64,000 bases of DNA from contig NC_059437.1 in assembly GCF_021028975.2 (NCBI RefSeq), forward strand, positions 58,094,001 to 58,158,000, written 5' to 3'. The notes below the pieces were generated by a model, which was given only the letters and a program-made list of their open reading frames with translations, ran no database searches and had not been told where the DNA came from. Of the stretch, positions 1-13,298 are shown in pieces (within the stretch, counting starts at the first letter, position 1; the number at the start of each line of letters is the position of its first letter). The DNA is from Sphaerodactylus townsendi (lineage: Eukaryota). The position numbers and the translations under genes were made by a program.

Positions 1-312
1 ACAACTGCAGGCCTGCTTACTCCGAGATGGCCTGGGACGTTTTCACAAGCAACACCTTCCGGATCACTGGTTCAACATCCTGCTTCACGAAATAGGTGTT
101 GCCTGGAGGGCCCACAAACAACGTCCTCTCCTGATACAGACTCCCAGTACCAGCAGACAGTGATTGGCTGCATATGGAAAATGAAAGACAAGCACAGAAG
201 CACCTTAAAGACCAACCGAATTTCCCAGGGCATCTGCTTTCCTGGGTCAAAACTCACTTTGTCAGATAGAAACAGGAATGAAGATCCATCAGCCCCTATC
301 TCCAGATCACAG

Positions 313-503
313 NNNNNNNNNNNNNNNNNNNNNNNNNNNNNNNNNNNNNNNNNNNNNNNNNNNNNNNNNNNNNNNNNNNNNNNNNNNNNNNNNNNNNNNN
401 NNNNNNNNNNNNNNNNNNNNNNNNNNNNNNNNNNNNNNNNNNNNNNNNNNNNNNNNNNNNNNNNNNNNNNNNNNNNNNNNNNNNNNNNNNNNNNNNNNNN
501 NNN
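313..503. other. Assembly gap (191 N)
   Basis: Run of n from 313 to 503. Confidence 1.
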
Positions 504-2359
504 AGGGCTCAGGGTGGCAAACATCAATAAAAACCACACAATAATCATACAATATGAAACTAATACTGATACAACGGTATAATTTAAAAACATTCACAAT
601 AAACAGTAAAAAAGACAGATGGCGATAGAACCCTAACCAGACACTCATGGGAGGCAGCGACATTCCGGTCAGGCCGGCTGGCACGGTATAAAAGCCCAGC
701 GGAAGAGCTGGTCTGATCCAGCAGGGTTCTTCTTATGTTTTTGTTGTTGATCTACTAACCATAGGTTGTCACTAAAATTGGCCTTCATGCTAGAGTACTG
801 AACAGTGGCAGGTACGCTATTCCATAAGATGGCAGTCACCATGGAGAATTCGGACAGATCCCAATCTTACCCGTCCGCAGGGTGGCATGCTCCGAAGGGT
901 TTACTCAGGTGAGCAAATGTCATGGGAGAGTGTAGCAGGAGAGGCCATCATGCAGGGAAGAGGATTTAAGGCTGCTAAGGTGCTTGTGAAATTCCCCATG
1001 GCGCCCATCCTGACAGGGCTAATACTTTGACCTGAAGACAGTAACCTGAAGGCTCCACAGCAGAATAGGTGTGACACATTTGTCTTGGATCTGTCGTGGA
1101 TCCTGAGTTTTATCAGGAGGAAGGCAGGCAAGACCAGCAGCGGGCAGTTGGCAGATTCAATCCAGCCCAATATCCAGTGACGTGTGTCCGAAGTCAAGGC
1201 AGCCCAAGAGCCAAGTGCGAAGGAGGTTTTTCTTTCACAGTCAAGTCCCCAGCAGTCCCTGATCACTTTGGGCCAGGCTCATTTCAGGCCCTGCCTGGCT
1301 CCTGAACACCAGGATGTGTCTTTATCTTCAGGACTTTTGGAGAACTGATTGCAGAGACATCCACTGGAGATTTCCCTTCCTGATACAGGCACAGGAGAAC
1401 TCTGAAAGCCAACAGAATGGCCTCTCCTGCCCCAGCCATACGAAAAGCCCTCCCAGAGAGTGGAAGGCCAGGCATGTTGGCCTCTCTGCAATACGGGTCA
1501 AAGTTCTGAAGAGCAGCCTGGCCTTGCTTAGACAACAGTGCCCGGAAGGCCAGGGCCTCCTTCCGAGCCACCTGCCAGGTGTCTCCCCCTTCACCTCTAC
1601 TCAAGAACAGGGTGGGCAGCGCAACTCCGCTTCAAGGCCAGCTGGTTGCTGCAGTGACTCTGCAGTCTCAGCAAGAAACACCAGGGGGCGCGCTCAGCCA
1701 CGAAATGCTGAGCTGCTTCACCATCAGCAAACCCCCTCATTTCACTCAGATTTCACTCACACACACTCCGTCCATTCCATCACAACCTACCACCACCACT
1801 ACAATAAGGTGTATCTTCGTGCAACACTTTAAACAAACACTGCAGTTTATTCAGGATCACCAGCAAGAATACAGGATCAAACTGCTAATCATCTTAGCTT
1901 CTCTAACAAATGAAGCAAAGGAGCCAAGAAAGGTGTTCTGGAAAACAGCAAAAGCAGAACCCAACATCTGCACGGAAACAGTCAGACTTACAAACAAACT
2001 GGCTCTTCTACATTTATCTGGCAGTCCAGTCGATCTCAATCCAGACATAGGGCAAGGCTTCCGGAGGGCTCATCCCTCCAGTCAAGGCGCACATCAGAGC
2101 CAAAGCACTGGACACCTCCAGAGGCTAATCAGCCATGGCCACGGGTGACAGCGTGGCTGTTTGGCCACCCACCCACCCACCCACCGCTCACCCCACCCAC
2201 AGAAGGCAACATCTTTCATCCTTAGTCAGGAAACATGCTGCTGCTGCTGCTGCTGCTGAGTGGGAAGGGAGACATCGCTCTCAGCAGAAAAGGCCTGTAA
2301 GCACCCTCTCACCCCTTGCAGCTACAGATACGTCCAGGGTCAGGGGCTTCTCTGCTGAT

Positions 2360-4100
2360 TTTTAAAAAATTTTATCACACAGAAGACACATAAAGCATAT
2401 GTAGACACCAACAACAGCAACAACAAATATGAAGGGGAAAAAACAATTAAAACCTAACAAAATACTACCCATTACTTACCCTACAAGTTTGGGACTGCAC
2501 CATTATTGGGACTGCAACTACATCTATTATTTTTGTTTTACTATTCTAATACATTGCGCTGTTTTCTTTTACATTTCAAATCCTGCTCTTGCTTCGCTGT
2601 ATGCACAAGCTCTCAAAACAGCCTATAAAAGAAGTCAGTTTTGCCATTTCTGAATATTTCATGACTTTCAAAATCCAGAGCTCCTTTGTTGGTATTTCTT
2701 TATCCCTCCATTTTCGTCCATATAGAGTTCTTACAGCAGTAGTTATATACATAAAAAATGTTCTGTATTGTTTTGGAGTTTCACCTCCCAAAAGTCCCAA
2801 CAGAAAAGCCTCAGGTTTTTTCATAATTGTTATCTTCAGAATTGTGCGTATTTCTTTTAATGTCATATCTCAAAAACATTTAACTTCTTTTCACATCCAC
2901 CATATATGAAGAAAAGACCCCTCTTATTGTTGACATTTCCAGTAAATATTTGACTTACCTTTATACAACTTTGCCAAAAAAAATTGGTGTCAAATACCAT
3001 TTATACATCATTTTATAACAATTTCCTTTTAAATTATAACATGATGTGCACTTTAAATCTTTCTTCCACAATTTCTTCCACTGTTCCATCGGTATATTTC
3101 TACCAAGATTTCTAATCAATTTAATGTCATCTTGGAAATTCAGCAACTTTCTGTAAGTAGGCCATTTTTCTTGCATAAATACTTCTTAGATTTAAAAAAA
3201 AATCTTTATGCATTTCCCCCTTATCATACCACAAATAATCATGCCATCCTAATCGCCTATCAAAACCCTCCATCCCAGTATTCTTCAACATCATCCATTC
3301 CCTTATCCATACCAGGGAGGCAGCTTCAAAATAGTGTTTTAAAATTGGCAATGAGAAACCCCTCTTTCCTTTGTGTCTTGAATATTTTTATTTTTAATTC
3401 TTGGCTTCTTGCCTTGCCAAATAAAACTATATCATTCTTGCCATTGTTTGAAACATAATGCAGAGTTAATTATTGGATCAGCTTGGAGCAAAAATAACAT
3501 TCTTGGATATACACTCATTTTTATTATCACTGATATCCTCCCCAAAAAGGACAGGTTAATTCTAGTCCCTCTCAACAGACCATTCTTCACATCATTCCAC
3601 ACTTTAACATAATTATTTTGGTATAACATCCAATTCGTATTCATCAGCCACACTCCCGAATATTTTATTTTTTAACCACCATTAAAACAGATATTTGAGT
3701 TACTCCTTTGTGCTTTTTGGTCCATATTTTAGTCAGCATTTTGGTTTTAGTTGATTCAATTTAAACCCCACCAAATCTTCAAAATATTATTTTGTTTAAC
3801 AATCTTTCCACATTTTGAATGGGCTCTTCCAATATAAATACCACATCATCCACAAAAGCCCTCAGTTTACATGACTGTTTACCTACTTTCAGAACTCCTA
3901 TTTGATCTTCACTATTTCTATTAAGTATCTTTAAAGTCAATATGAAAAACAATGACGAGAGCGGGGAACCTTGTCTTGTTCCCTTTTGTAGCTCACGTTT
4001 TTCAGACAATTCACTATTTACAATTATTTTAGCATCCTGTTCAGTGTATATTGCCTCTATACCATTCAAAAAGTTATTTCCAAAACCCATTTTTTCCTAA
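2360..4100 (-). mobile_element. L1/Tx1-clade LINE, degenerate 3' ORF2 fragment
   Basis: MGFGNNFLNGIEAIY...KGTRQGSPLSSLFFIL...LRAFVDDVV, LGRISVIIKMSVYPRMLFLLQ, YKMMYKWYLTP. Confidence 0.85.
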
Positions 4101-4297
4101 CATAAACAGCCAAGAAATGCTGTCAGAAGCCTTCTCTGCATCCAAAAAACCCAAGGCTGCCGGTCTGTCAGGTTCAGGAGCTTCTCAAGAGAGAACTTGT
4201 GGGGATGCTCCACCCCTCACCAACACTCAAGCCGGCCAGCTACAACAACTTTCTGTGCAACATCTTGCAGGCACGTTTCCATGAGGAAGCACATCAC

Positions 4298-4334
<37 letters not shown>

Positions 4335-4970
4335 CCTCCCAACACATTTGAGTTCCAATACTCAGGCAGGGGTGGCCTTTTGGACACTAAGAGAGCTCAA
4401 TTAATAACCAAGATGCCAGGAAAGGGTTTCACGCGCAGCCGTTCAACAAGACCTCTGGGGGGCCTGCACTAGCACAGGACACTTCACCAGCTGAGCACAG
4501 AGATCAGAAAACTTGAGAGCTTTCCTGAAATCAGGCATCAAACAGTTATCACCTCAAAAGAAGCAGGAGCAGCAGCCCTGCCAGTTGCATGGGGCGGGGA
4601 ATACAGCCCACCTGGGGATTAGTGGTGACGCACGTGCGCTCTCAGGGAGGCCAGCAGGACACCCAGTGCCAACCAGCCTACACCCCAAGAGGGTGTGGGC
4701 AGCATCTGACAAAGGCTCAGGCAGGTGAGACTGGCCAGCCCCCTCCGCGATCAGGGGCAGGTGCAGGGGGATCCGCCTTCTCTTGATGTAGCCAGAACAC
4801 ACAGCCCTTCTCCCCGCCCCCCACTGCTACAGAGGCAGGCCAGGTCAGCCTGAAAAGCCTGCAGGCACAACGTCACACACCCCACTCCTCATCCATCACG
4901 AGGAATTTGGCCCATCATGGCCGCTGTGCACCCACGGCCACGCCCAGAAGAGACTGCGAGACTTCCCTAC

Positions 4971-5249
4971 CTTGGGCCATTTGGGATTCAGGAGTCGGGC
5001 CTTGATGGCATCATCTAGAGCTTTGTCATATTGCTGCGTCTTCATGTAGGCTGCAGAGCGATTGCTATACAAGATGCAGTTCTGAGGATCAGCTCCCAGA
5101 GTTTCACTGTAAAGGGCAACGGCCTTGTGGAAGTCCCCATCATGGCAGGCCTGGTTACTCTGGCGAACCTTCTCAACAAACTCTGCTTTGCTCAGTGGGG
5201 GGGCCTCTGGGCTGGTTCCTTCAAAGGTTCTGGATCCAAGCAACGGAAT
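4971..5249 (-). CDS. TTC28: TTC28 coding exon 2 (TPR repeats)
   Basis: 279 nt, acceptor TTTGCAG|ATT, donor AAG|GTAGGG, phase 0/0. Confidence 0.96.
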
Positions 5250-8200
5250 CTGCAAAGAGAAAAGAACAATTAACTCCAAGGCATTCATAATTTCATTTAT
5301 TTCAGGGGTGTTCACGGCCATTGTTGGCCATAACACCACCCTAGCAAAATCATGTGGCCGTAGGTGAAGATGTGGTTTGTTATTAACTTATCTGCATCCC
5401 TCTTGAAAGTGCATCTAGGCAGTCGTGAAGCACGGGAACTACAGCAAAGTTGTTTTGCTTCATGTGTGACACCAGTGTGAGGAGCGGCAAGCAGGAAATC
5501 CTCTCAGCCACCTCTCTGGGAGACCCAGCAGAGGTCTTTTCTTGGTCAGATCAAAGTCAGAGAGTTGAACATGTAAGACTGGCCTTCTCTGAACAAAACA
5601 CAGGCTGACTGTTCGACCTACAGAGACATCAACTCCTTTGTCCTGGACCTCTGGCCCAAAGGACCGTCTCCCCATTTCCCATGAGGCGAGGCGAGCCTCT
5701 CCTTCCCCTGCCCAGGACCAACATCTGCCTTGCATAAAGACTCTCGAAGCAGAACAAGTTCCTCCAAGGGCAGCACTGCCATCCCACTCCACAAAGTCAC
5801 TTGCATGTGACTAAACGTAAGGAAAGCCAACTGTTCTCCTCACACAAAGGCAAACCTCAGCAAGTCATACCTCTCCTCTACTCACTGCCCAGCAGGGTGC
5901 TGCCATTCATGTCCCAGATTTACGGTTGAGGCCTCAGGAAAAGGGCAGGAACTAACAAAGTGGCAAATTCCGATCACATTTTGTCCACAGTGCATGAAGA
6001 AAGGGCTTCCCCAGCCATTGCAGGCAAGCACCCTTCTACACAACTGCCCAGTCGGAAGGGCACAGTCACCCTACCCTGCACACGCATCCTGCCCATTTCC
6101 CAGGCCCCAGCCCTGAAGCCTGACACCTCAGGGCCACCAGCAAGAGCCACTGCTGGGGCCCAGCAGCCCTCAAGGTTTGCCCAGCTGCCCCTTGGCCTAC
6201 TCCTCTCCTCAGTCCCAAACCAGCCTTGGACCAGTGTCTTTATGCTGAGGGATAACCAGCAGCCCGGAGCCCCTTTGGCCTTCGCCATGATGACATCCAG
6301 CCGTGTCATTGACGGCCCTGGCGGACACGCCTCCTCCTCACACAAAGAGCTGCTTCTGGAAGAGAGGGTTGCTGATCATGCTACTGCCAACCACGTCAAT
6401 ATTTCCATGTGTTCCAATGAAGACTGGCTAGCGAGGCCTCTTGCTCCGACCCCGCCTAGCCCCACCCCCTCTTGGAACCTAGGCAAGGTTGGCACTTGGA
6501 TGGGAGACCACCAAGGAAGCCCAGGGTCGCCGTGGCAAAGCAGGCCATGGCACAGAAGAGCTTGAATGTATGCCCCACTTCTCTCAAAGCAGCTGACAAA
6601 CTCCTTCCTGTCCTCTCCCCACAGCAGACTCCCTGTGAGGCAGGTGAGGTGCAGAGAGTTCTGCTAGAACCGTGACTGGCCCAAGGTTACACAGCAGAGG
6701 GGTGGGAAAACTACAGTTCAGCAGATAAAGAGTCTGCCACTCATGTGGACGAGTGGGGAATCAAACCGGGCTCTCCAGATTAGAATCCACCTGCTCTTAA
6801 CGCCTACACTATACTGGCTCTCTATGTCTTTTGTCCCAACCTGAATGGCCCGGGCTACTCTTATCTTGTCAGACCTCAGAAGGTAAGCAGGGTTACCCTG
6901 GTTGGTACTTGGGTGGGATATCATCCAGGAAGTCCACGATGGCTACACAGAGGGAGGCAGTGGCAAAACAGTTCCAAAGTTTTTTCCCCAGAACCCCTAC
7001 AGCATCACCATTTTGCAAAAAAACCCCAAAAGCTAGGCCGCTTGCTGCCCCACGTATTGCTCAGACCACTGACCAGAGGATGTGGTGATGCCGCAGGACT
7101 ACGACCGTAGAAGACTCTCCGGCTCTCTTGCAGTCCTTCCTCAAGTGCAGTAAACAACAGAGCCGAGCACTCCGCCCCCCCCCCCCTCACTCCCCTGCTC
7201 CAAAGACGAAGCTCACAAGCCAGACTCGAGAAAGACGCTTCAATTCGGGCAGCACAGCTGAAGAGAGACCTCGCTGGCAGAGGAGCCTACGACTTTAGCA
7301 TCACCGAGCAACTCTGGCCTTCAGTGCTCGAGCAAAACCCATGAAGCTAAAAAACCCCACCCCACCCCCACCCCCGCGCTTGTCAGGGGACCAGCTGACT
7401 GTGAGAGCAGCAGAGCGGGCAAGGAATGATGGGCCTCCATTTCTGAAACGGAAAGCCACGCTAAAGACAGGGGGCGATTAGCCCTTCACAAAACCTCTGC
7501 TGACAGGATAAGCAGGTCGTCCCTGAAAAGGGCAGATTCCACGCTGCTGGTCTCACCCGTTCTTAGGGCAGCACCTCTTCTTTGGTGTGAAGTCAAGAGC
7601 TGCCAACGTTCAGCTTCTCGACAAACAGGCAGTCCTGCCGCTGAATAACAACCAATACCTGCGTGGTGATCGACAGCACAACTGCAGAACTGGTGTGACT
7701 GGATCCCAACCACCAACAAAGGAGGTGACCATCTCTGGCTGCCCCCTCTGGGCTGACAAGCTCCTCATTGGAAGGACTCCCAACAGGACTAGGTCAACCA
7801 CCCACTCCCTCTAGCGGACAGAGGAAGAAGCTGCTGCTCCGCCAACGGGAGCGCCTGCAGCACATCCCCAGCTCTGCTGCCGAAAGAGCACAATTCTCTC
7901 ACTAGTCTGTGATGGGAGAGAGAGAAGAGCCAGTTGGTTCCCCTCCCCTGCCTTGGGGCTGCTGGGCACTGCGACTGGGCCCAACAGTGTGCTCCCCCAG
8001 GGCACCGATTCCACAGCCTGGCCTGTGGCACTAGAAATCCTGCCCAGTCCTGGAATTGTCACAGTGAGAATCTGACAGAAAGCCATTCAAAAGGAAAGGC
8101 AGAACTGAGACTTCTTTTCTAATCCCCCTCCTTCCTTTTCAGATTTTCTACTGGAAATTAAGGGATGCAGTCCATGTTTCATTTTAGCATCACGATTGCA

Positions 8201-10294
8201 ATTCTTTTAAAGAAAAGTTCATAAGTGGTTAGTGTTGCTGTGGTCTCTCCCCTCAAAACGCCTCTTGAGGACCCTGCGAAACATTCAGAACGGCAGTCCC
8301 CTCTCATCCCCTCCTGCAGACGCTCTCTTGCAAGCCTCTGATTCCTCAGTGTGGCCAAGCGAGCAAAACCAAACAGGACGCTTCTCCCCCCAACAGGCCT
8401 TCAGCTCCCTGACACGACTAGATGTAAAATCAGGAGCCCCAAAACGAGATCTGTCCGTAGCTGACTCTCGTGAGGAAAGGAACTTGATAGCCACCTTGAG
8501 TTAGCAAAGATAAGGCAGAGTATAAATATTTTAAATTAATTACATCAATAAGTAAAACTACATTTTCAAGGGCATATGAGACATTTTTCAAGTGATGCCA
8601 GATTGGGCTTAATGTAGAGAACTTTGTCCAAACTTGCCATGACGCATGTGACTGTGGTCCATTTGATATCGTAGATACATGATATGACTGTGTTTGTGTG
8701 GGTGTGTAAGTGCAATCAAGTCGATTCCAAGTTCCGGTGACCCTATGAATTAATTATCTCCAGAATGTCCTATTGTTATCAGCTTTGCTCAGGTCCTGCA
8801 AAAGGAGGGCCCAGGCTTCCTTTCTCATGGCGGGCTTTCCTCTTTTCCTGCTGCCTTCAACTGTTTCTACCACTACTGTCTTTGGCAGTAAGTCTTCTCT
8901 TCTTATAACATGGCCCAATGTATCTCACAATATTCATCTCACAATACTAGAACCAGGGGGCATCCGCTGAAAATGCTGGGGGGAAGAATTAGGACTAATA
9001 AAAGGAAACACTTCTTCACGCAAGGTGTGATTGGTGTTTGGAATATGCTGCCACAGGCGGTGGTGATGGCCACTAACCTGGATAGCTTTAAAAGGGGCTT
9101 GGACAGATTGATGGAGGAGAAGTCAATTTATGGCTACCAATCTTGATCCTCCTTGATCTGAGATTGCAAATACCTTAACAGTCCAGGTGCAGCAGAAGGC
9201 CATTGCTTTCACATCCTGCACGTGAGCTCCCAAAGGCACCTGGTGGGCCACTGCGAGTAGCAGAGAGCTGGACTAGATGGACTCTGGTCTGATCCAGCTG
9301 GCTTGTTCTTATGTTCTTATGGCCAAAGTATGATAGTCTCAGATTAGTCATTTTACCTTCTATGGAGAGTTCAGGCTTGATTTGATCTACAACCCAATGA
9401 TTTGTCTTTTCGGTAGTCCACAGGGTTCATAAAATTCTCCTCCAACACTACATTTCAAAGAAATCAACTTTCTTCCTGCCAGTTTTCTTCACTGTCCAAC
9501 TTTCAAAACCATATATAATAATGAGGCACGAATTATCTTGATCTTGGTCCCCAGTGACACATCCCTATACTTAAGAACCTTTTTCGGCTCCTTCATGACT
9601 GCCTTTCCCATTCTCTATCTACTTCTGATTTCTTAGTCACAGCCGCCCTTTGGGTTGATGATGGAGCCAAGAACTAGAAAGTCTTGAACAATTTCTCCAG
9701 CAGTCGTGACTTCTGCCTTCTTGATGTTCAGCTGCAATCCCACTTTGGCATTTTCTCCTTCAGTGGTAGCTATTTCAAGTCTTCACTGTGTTCTGTCATC
9801 AAGGGGTGTCATCTACATATCTCAAATTATTAATGTTTCTTCCACCAAATTTCACTCCATCTAAATCTAATCCAGTTTTCCTTATGATACATTCTGTATT
9901 GAGACTGAAGAGACAGGAAGACAAAACACATCCTTGTCTGACACCTTTGCCAACGGGAAACCATTCTGTTTCTCTATATTCTGTTCTAACAGTAGCCTCT
10001 AGACTAGAATACAGATTGAAAATCAAAAGAATCAGATGTTGTGAAACTTATAAATTTTTAAACTATCCATGGCTTCTCATGAGCCACAACACAGTCAAAA
10101 GCTTTGCTGTGATCTATGAATGCCTCAATGGATGGCTGTTGAAACTCTTGAAATTGCTAAAAGCAGGTGAGAAGCAAAAGTAAAAGGTCACAGAAAACAT
10201 CAATAGAAAGTTGAAAGACCAATTAGGCGGGCTGAAAGATCAACATGGGAATACAATAAATGAACAGGACAAAATCAACTAAAGGTGGGACAAT

Positions 10295-10377
<83 letters not shown>

Positions 10378-10505
10378 ACATTACAACTTCCTAGGCCTCT
10401 GGGTGAGGTTAGAATTCTAATGAATGGCCAACAACAGCTAAAGATCTGGCAGCTGTGAAATCTACAACAACAACAACAATAATATTTGTGCTGTGTTGTT
10501 ATGTG

Positions 10506-10587
<82 letters not shown>

Positions 10588-13298
10588 GAAGGCAGCCCTA
10601 CTGGGATCCGCATGAATACTATGTCGATACATTACAACTTCCTAGGCCTCTGGGTGAAGCTCGAATTGTAATAAAAGGCCAACAACCAGCTAAAGATCTG
10701 GCAGCTGTGAAATCTACCATAATAATAATGAAGAACTATACAGAAGAGATGAAAGGATTACAAATAACTTCAAAGAAATGTTATTGAAAAAGAACCTGCA
10801 ATGCTAGAAAATAAATTCAAAGCTGCACTGAAAGCAGTTAGAATAAACACATCATCAGGATTATTAATAGCCACAGAAACCGAGTCCGTAAAATTTTTAA
10901 CAAGATTATGCCAACAAATACGGATTACAAAACAACGGCCCATTGACTGAAGACACTGAATTTACCCTCCAGTTCTGAAAAAAAACTTCAACTATTGGAT
11001 CATCACATAAAGAGATGTTCAGAATCTTATGACAGACTGTTGCCATAGAGGAAATGAGAAAGGCCGGCTGTTTAAGAATGATCAGGAGAAGGAAGAGGCA
11101 CTAGAGATCATGTTTAAAATTTACAGTGGTTACAGGCACATTCTGAAAGAATTTCAGAAGAAAATCAGCTTGTGATTTGTAGATGCAGCAAAGCTTTTGA
11201 CTGTGTGGATTGTGAAAAGCGATGGTTGGCTTCAAGAGAAATGGGTGGGCCGCAATATCCGATTGTTTTGATGCACCATCTACACTCTGGACAGGAGGCT
11301 GCTGTTAGAACAGAATATGGAGACACGAAATGGTTTCCAATTGGCAAAGGTGTCAGACAGGGCTGTATTGATCTGCCTGTTTCTTCCACCTGTATGCACA
11401 TTGTATCATCTAGCTTTCACTGTGTTCTCTTCTGTCTTTTTAATCTATTGTCTGTATTGTTGATGGCATACCTTGCCTTAGGGGCCTTCAGTGTTTGCAG
11501 TGTTTTCTGCTCCTGCAAACCTAGTCCTATTGTGTAACAGACTTCCCTCTATGCTCCACCTCTGAAGATGCCAGCCACAGATGCAGGCAAAATGTTAGGA
11601 ACAAGATCCACCAGACCACGGCCACACAGCCCGGGAAACCCACCAGAACCACTAGTCCTATTGCACTGTTCACTTGATGCTTTGTGCTGTCTGACGGTTG
11701 GTATGTTTTGTAATCTGCCTCCAATCTCAGCAAGAAAGGCAGGCTGTAAATAAAGCAAATAAATAAATACATCCCAAGCGATGCCTGCCTGGTTAACTAC
11801 TCAGGTGCAGGAAACCCTACAAAGTAAATGGCTTCCTTTAAATGGAAGGTTTCCCTGATCAAGGAGACCGGAAACGAGCAGAAGTTCTAGCAAAGAAAGA
11901 AAAAGTTAGCTGACAATAAGAGGAGTAAAACGGGGGGGTTGAGAGGTGGGCGGCTGGAAACAGCCAGCCAAACTTCCAGCATTGCCCTCAAATATACGTC
12001 ACAGGAGCGGCGGCGGCGGCGGCGGCGGCAGCAGCAGAGTGGCCGGGAGGCGGCTGGACCTTCGGCTGACACTTGCGGAAGGCGGGCAGGCAGAGGGCCG
12101 AAACACGGCGGCGGCGGCGGCCGCATGGACGCGGGGGGGGGGGGCGGTGCGTGGGGGGAGGGCCCTGTGGAAAACGTGGGGCCGCCGCCGCCGCCGCCTC
12201 CCCGCCGGCCCCACTGCTTTCGGAAAGGGGGTCTGAAGAACGAGTCGGAGGATGCAGAGGACAGGCCATGAAGTCCGGCGGGGACTACCCGTCAAGGGGG
12301 AACTGCCCGACGCCGGAGGGAGGGCTCTGGAGGACGCCCACCCCCACCCCCACCCCCACCCCCGGCCCGGTGCAAGTGTCCAGCAGGCAGCTGCGCCCCA
12401 CAGTGAGGCCCTCCTGGGCACGACTCCAGCCGGCCTCTGTGGCGGCCGCCGGGTGGCTGCGGAACTCAGCCCCTCTGACTACACCGGCTTTGAAAAGGGC
12501 CCCCCGAGGTGAGCGAAGCCTCTCTTGGCTCGGCCCTGCCCGGCCTGGCCTCGGGGAATGTTTCTCGCGTTGGCCGGCGGGAGGCACTTCGGGGGCGGCG
12601 GCGGGGGCGGGAGGTCTTGCTGGACGGCGAAGAAGGAGCTGGCAGCCCCGGCCCGGCTGCAGCCACAGGGGGGCTCTTCCGCCTCGCCCTCTCCTCTCCC
12701 GCCACACAGGGGCCCCGGACGGACGGACGGACGGCGGAAAGAGCCGAGCGCCTCCAGCCCCCTCCTCCCCGGGGAGGCCGGCCCGAGTCCCTTCCCCACC
12801 GAGGTCGGGGCAGCCCTTCAGCGATGCCCGCCTCCTCCTCCGCCGCCGCCGCCGCCTCCTCCCCGCACCCTCGCGGCCCCTTTCTGCCGGCGCTCGGCCA
12901 AGCAGGGCGGCACAGTGGTGGGCAACCCTCCGGGCCCTCGCTAGCGACCGTCCGGGCCGGTCAAGGCCTTGGCCCCCACCAGGCGCCTCTTCCCCGCGGC
13001 AGGACGCGCCGTCGGAAGCCGCCGCCCGGGAGGCCGCCCGTGGCTCGCTTGCCCAGCGGCCGCCTGCAGACGGGGCGCCGCGCTCCCGGAGGTTGGGCCC
13101 GGGCTGCGGAGAGGTTGGGCGCGCGCGGCCCCGGCGGAGAGACGCGCGGGCCGTCCCGGGGGCCGGCAGGGGCCAGTCCCGACTCACCCGGCTCAGGAGA
13201 GGCGGACGCGGCGGGGGCTGCTCGGCGTCCCCTGCGCTGCCACGGCGCGGCCCCCGCCGGAGCCTCCGCGGAGCAGGAGGAGGCGCCTGTTGCTCCAT
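4971..13298 (-). CDS. TTC28: Tetratricopeptide repeat protein 28, 5' part; join(13188..13298,4971..5249); gene continues left beyond the window
   Basis: Exon 1 MEQQAPPPAP...PPLLSR (111 nt, donor GTGAGT) joins in phase 0 to exon 2 IPLLGS...LSKAEFVEKVRQSNQACHDGDFHKAVALYSETLGADPQNCILYSNRSAAYMKTQQYDKALDDAIKARLLNPKWPK, which closely matches the N-terminal TPRs of vertebrate TTC28 as recalled. Confidence 0.95.
6840..6970 (+). mobile_element. 5S rRNA-derived SINE head, degenerate (related pieces near 6485-6545 and 30810-30900)
   Basis: ATCTTGTCAGACCTCAGAAGGTAAGCAGGGT...CCTGGTTGGTACTTGGGTGGGA resembles the 5S internal promoter region, with many mismatches. Confidence 0.6.
8690..10130 (-). mobile_element. 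RTE/BovB-clade LINE fragment, interrupted by a CR1 3' end
   Basis: ATVRTEYRETEWFPVGKGVRQGCVLS...GGRNINNLRYVDDT. Confidence 0.85.
8935..9320 (+). mobile_element. CR1 LINE 3' end (young family)
   Basis: [11 protein letters not shown]...RKHFFTQ; GTTCTTAT terminal repeat; nearly identical to 48615-49011. Confidence 0.9.
10295..10377 (+). repeat. (GAT)n microsatellite
   Basis: Direct reading. Confidence 0.98.
10375..10730 (+). mobile_element. Two tandem 5'-truncated R4/Dong-like LINE 3' ends (about 10375-10482 and 10587-10730)
   Basis: About 90-bp near-identical duplication; the second copy reads KAALLGSA*ILCRYITTS*, resembling the C-terminus of R4/Dong ORFs; (AAC)/(AAT)n tails. Confidence 0.6.
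10508..10586 (+). repeat. (TAA)n microsatellite
   Basis: Direct reading. Confidence 0.98.
10740..11400 (+). mobile_element. RTE/BovB-clade LINE fragment
   Basis: SKAFDCVD...QEAAVRTEYGDTKWFPIGKGVRQGC. Confidence 0.82.
11530..11652 (+). mobile_element. Penelope terminal-repeat fragment with a decayed hammerhead
   Basis: Same family as 57700-57822, but CGAAACG reads CAAAATG (CpG-type transitions). Confidence 0.7.

Noticed and set aside
72-684. ORFs containing long X runs
   Set aside because: They read through the N gap.
6840-6970. 5S rRNA gene
   Set aside because: Partial and heavily mismatched; better explained as a 5S-derived SINE head.
10275-10787. Poly-I, poly-N and poly-S ORFs
   Set aside because: Translations of (TAA)n and (GAT)n microsatellites.
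11960-12040. Alternative TTC28 first exon (ATG CTG GAA then GTTTGG on the minus strand)
   Set aside because: Weak donor, only three codons and no homology I can support.
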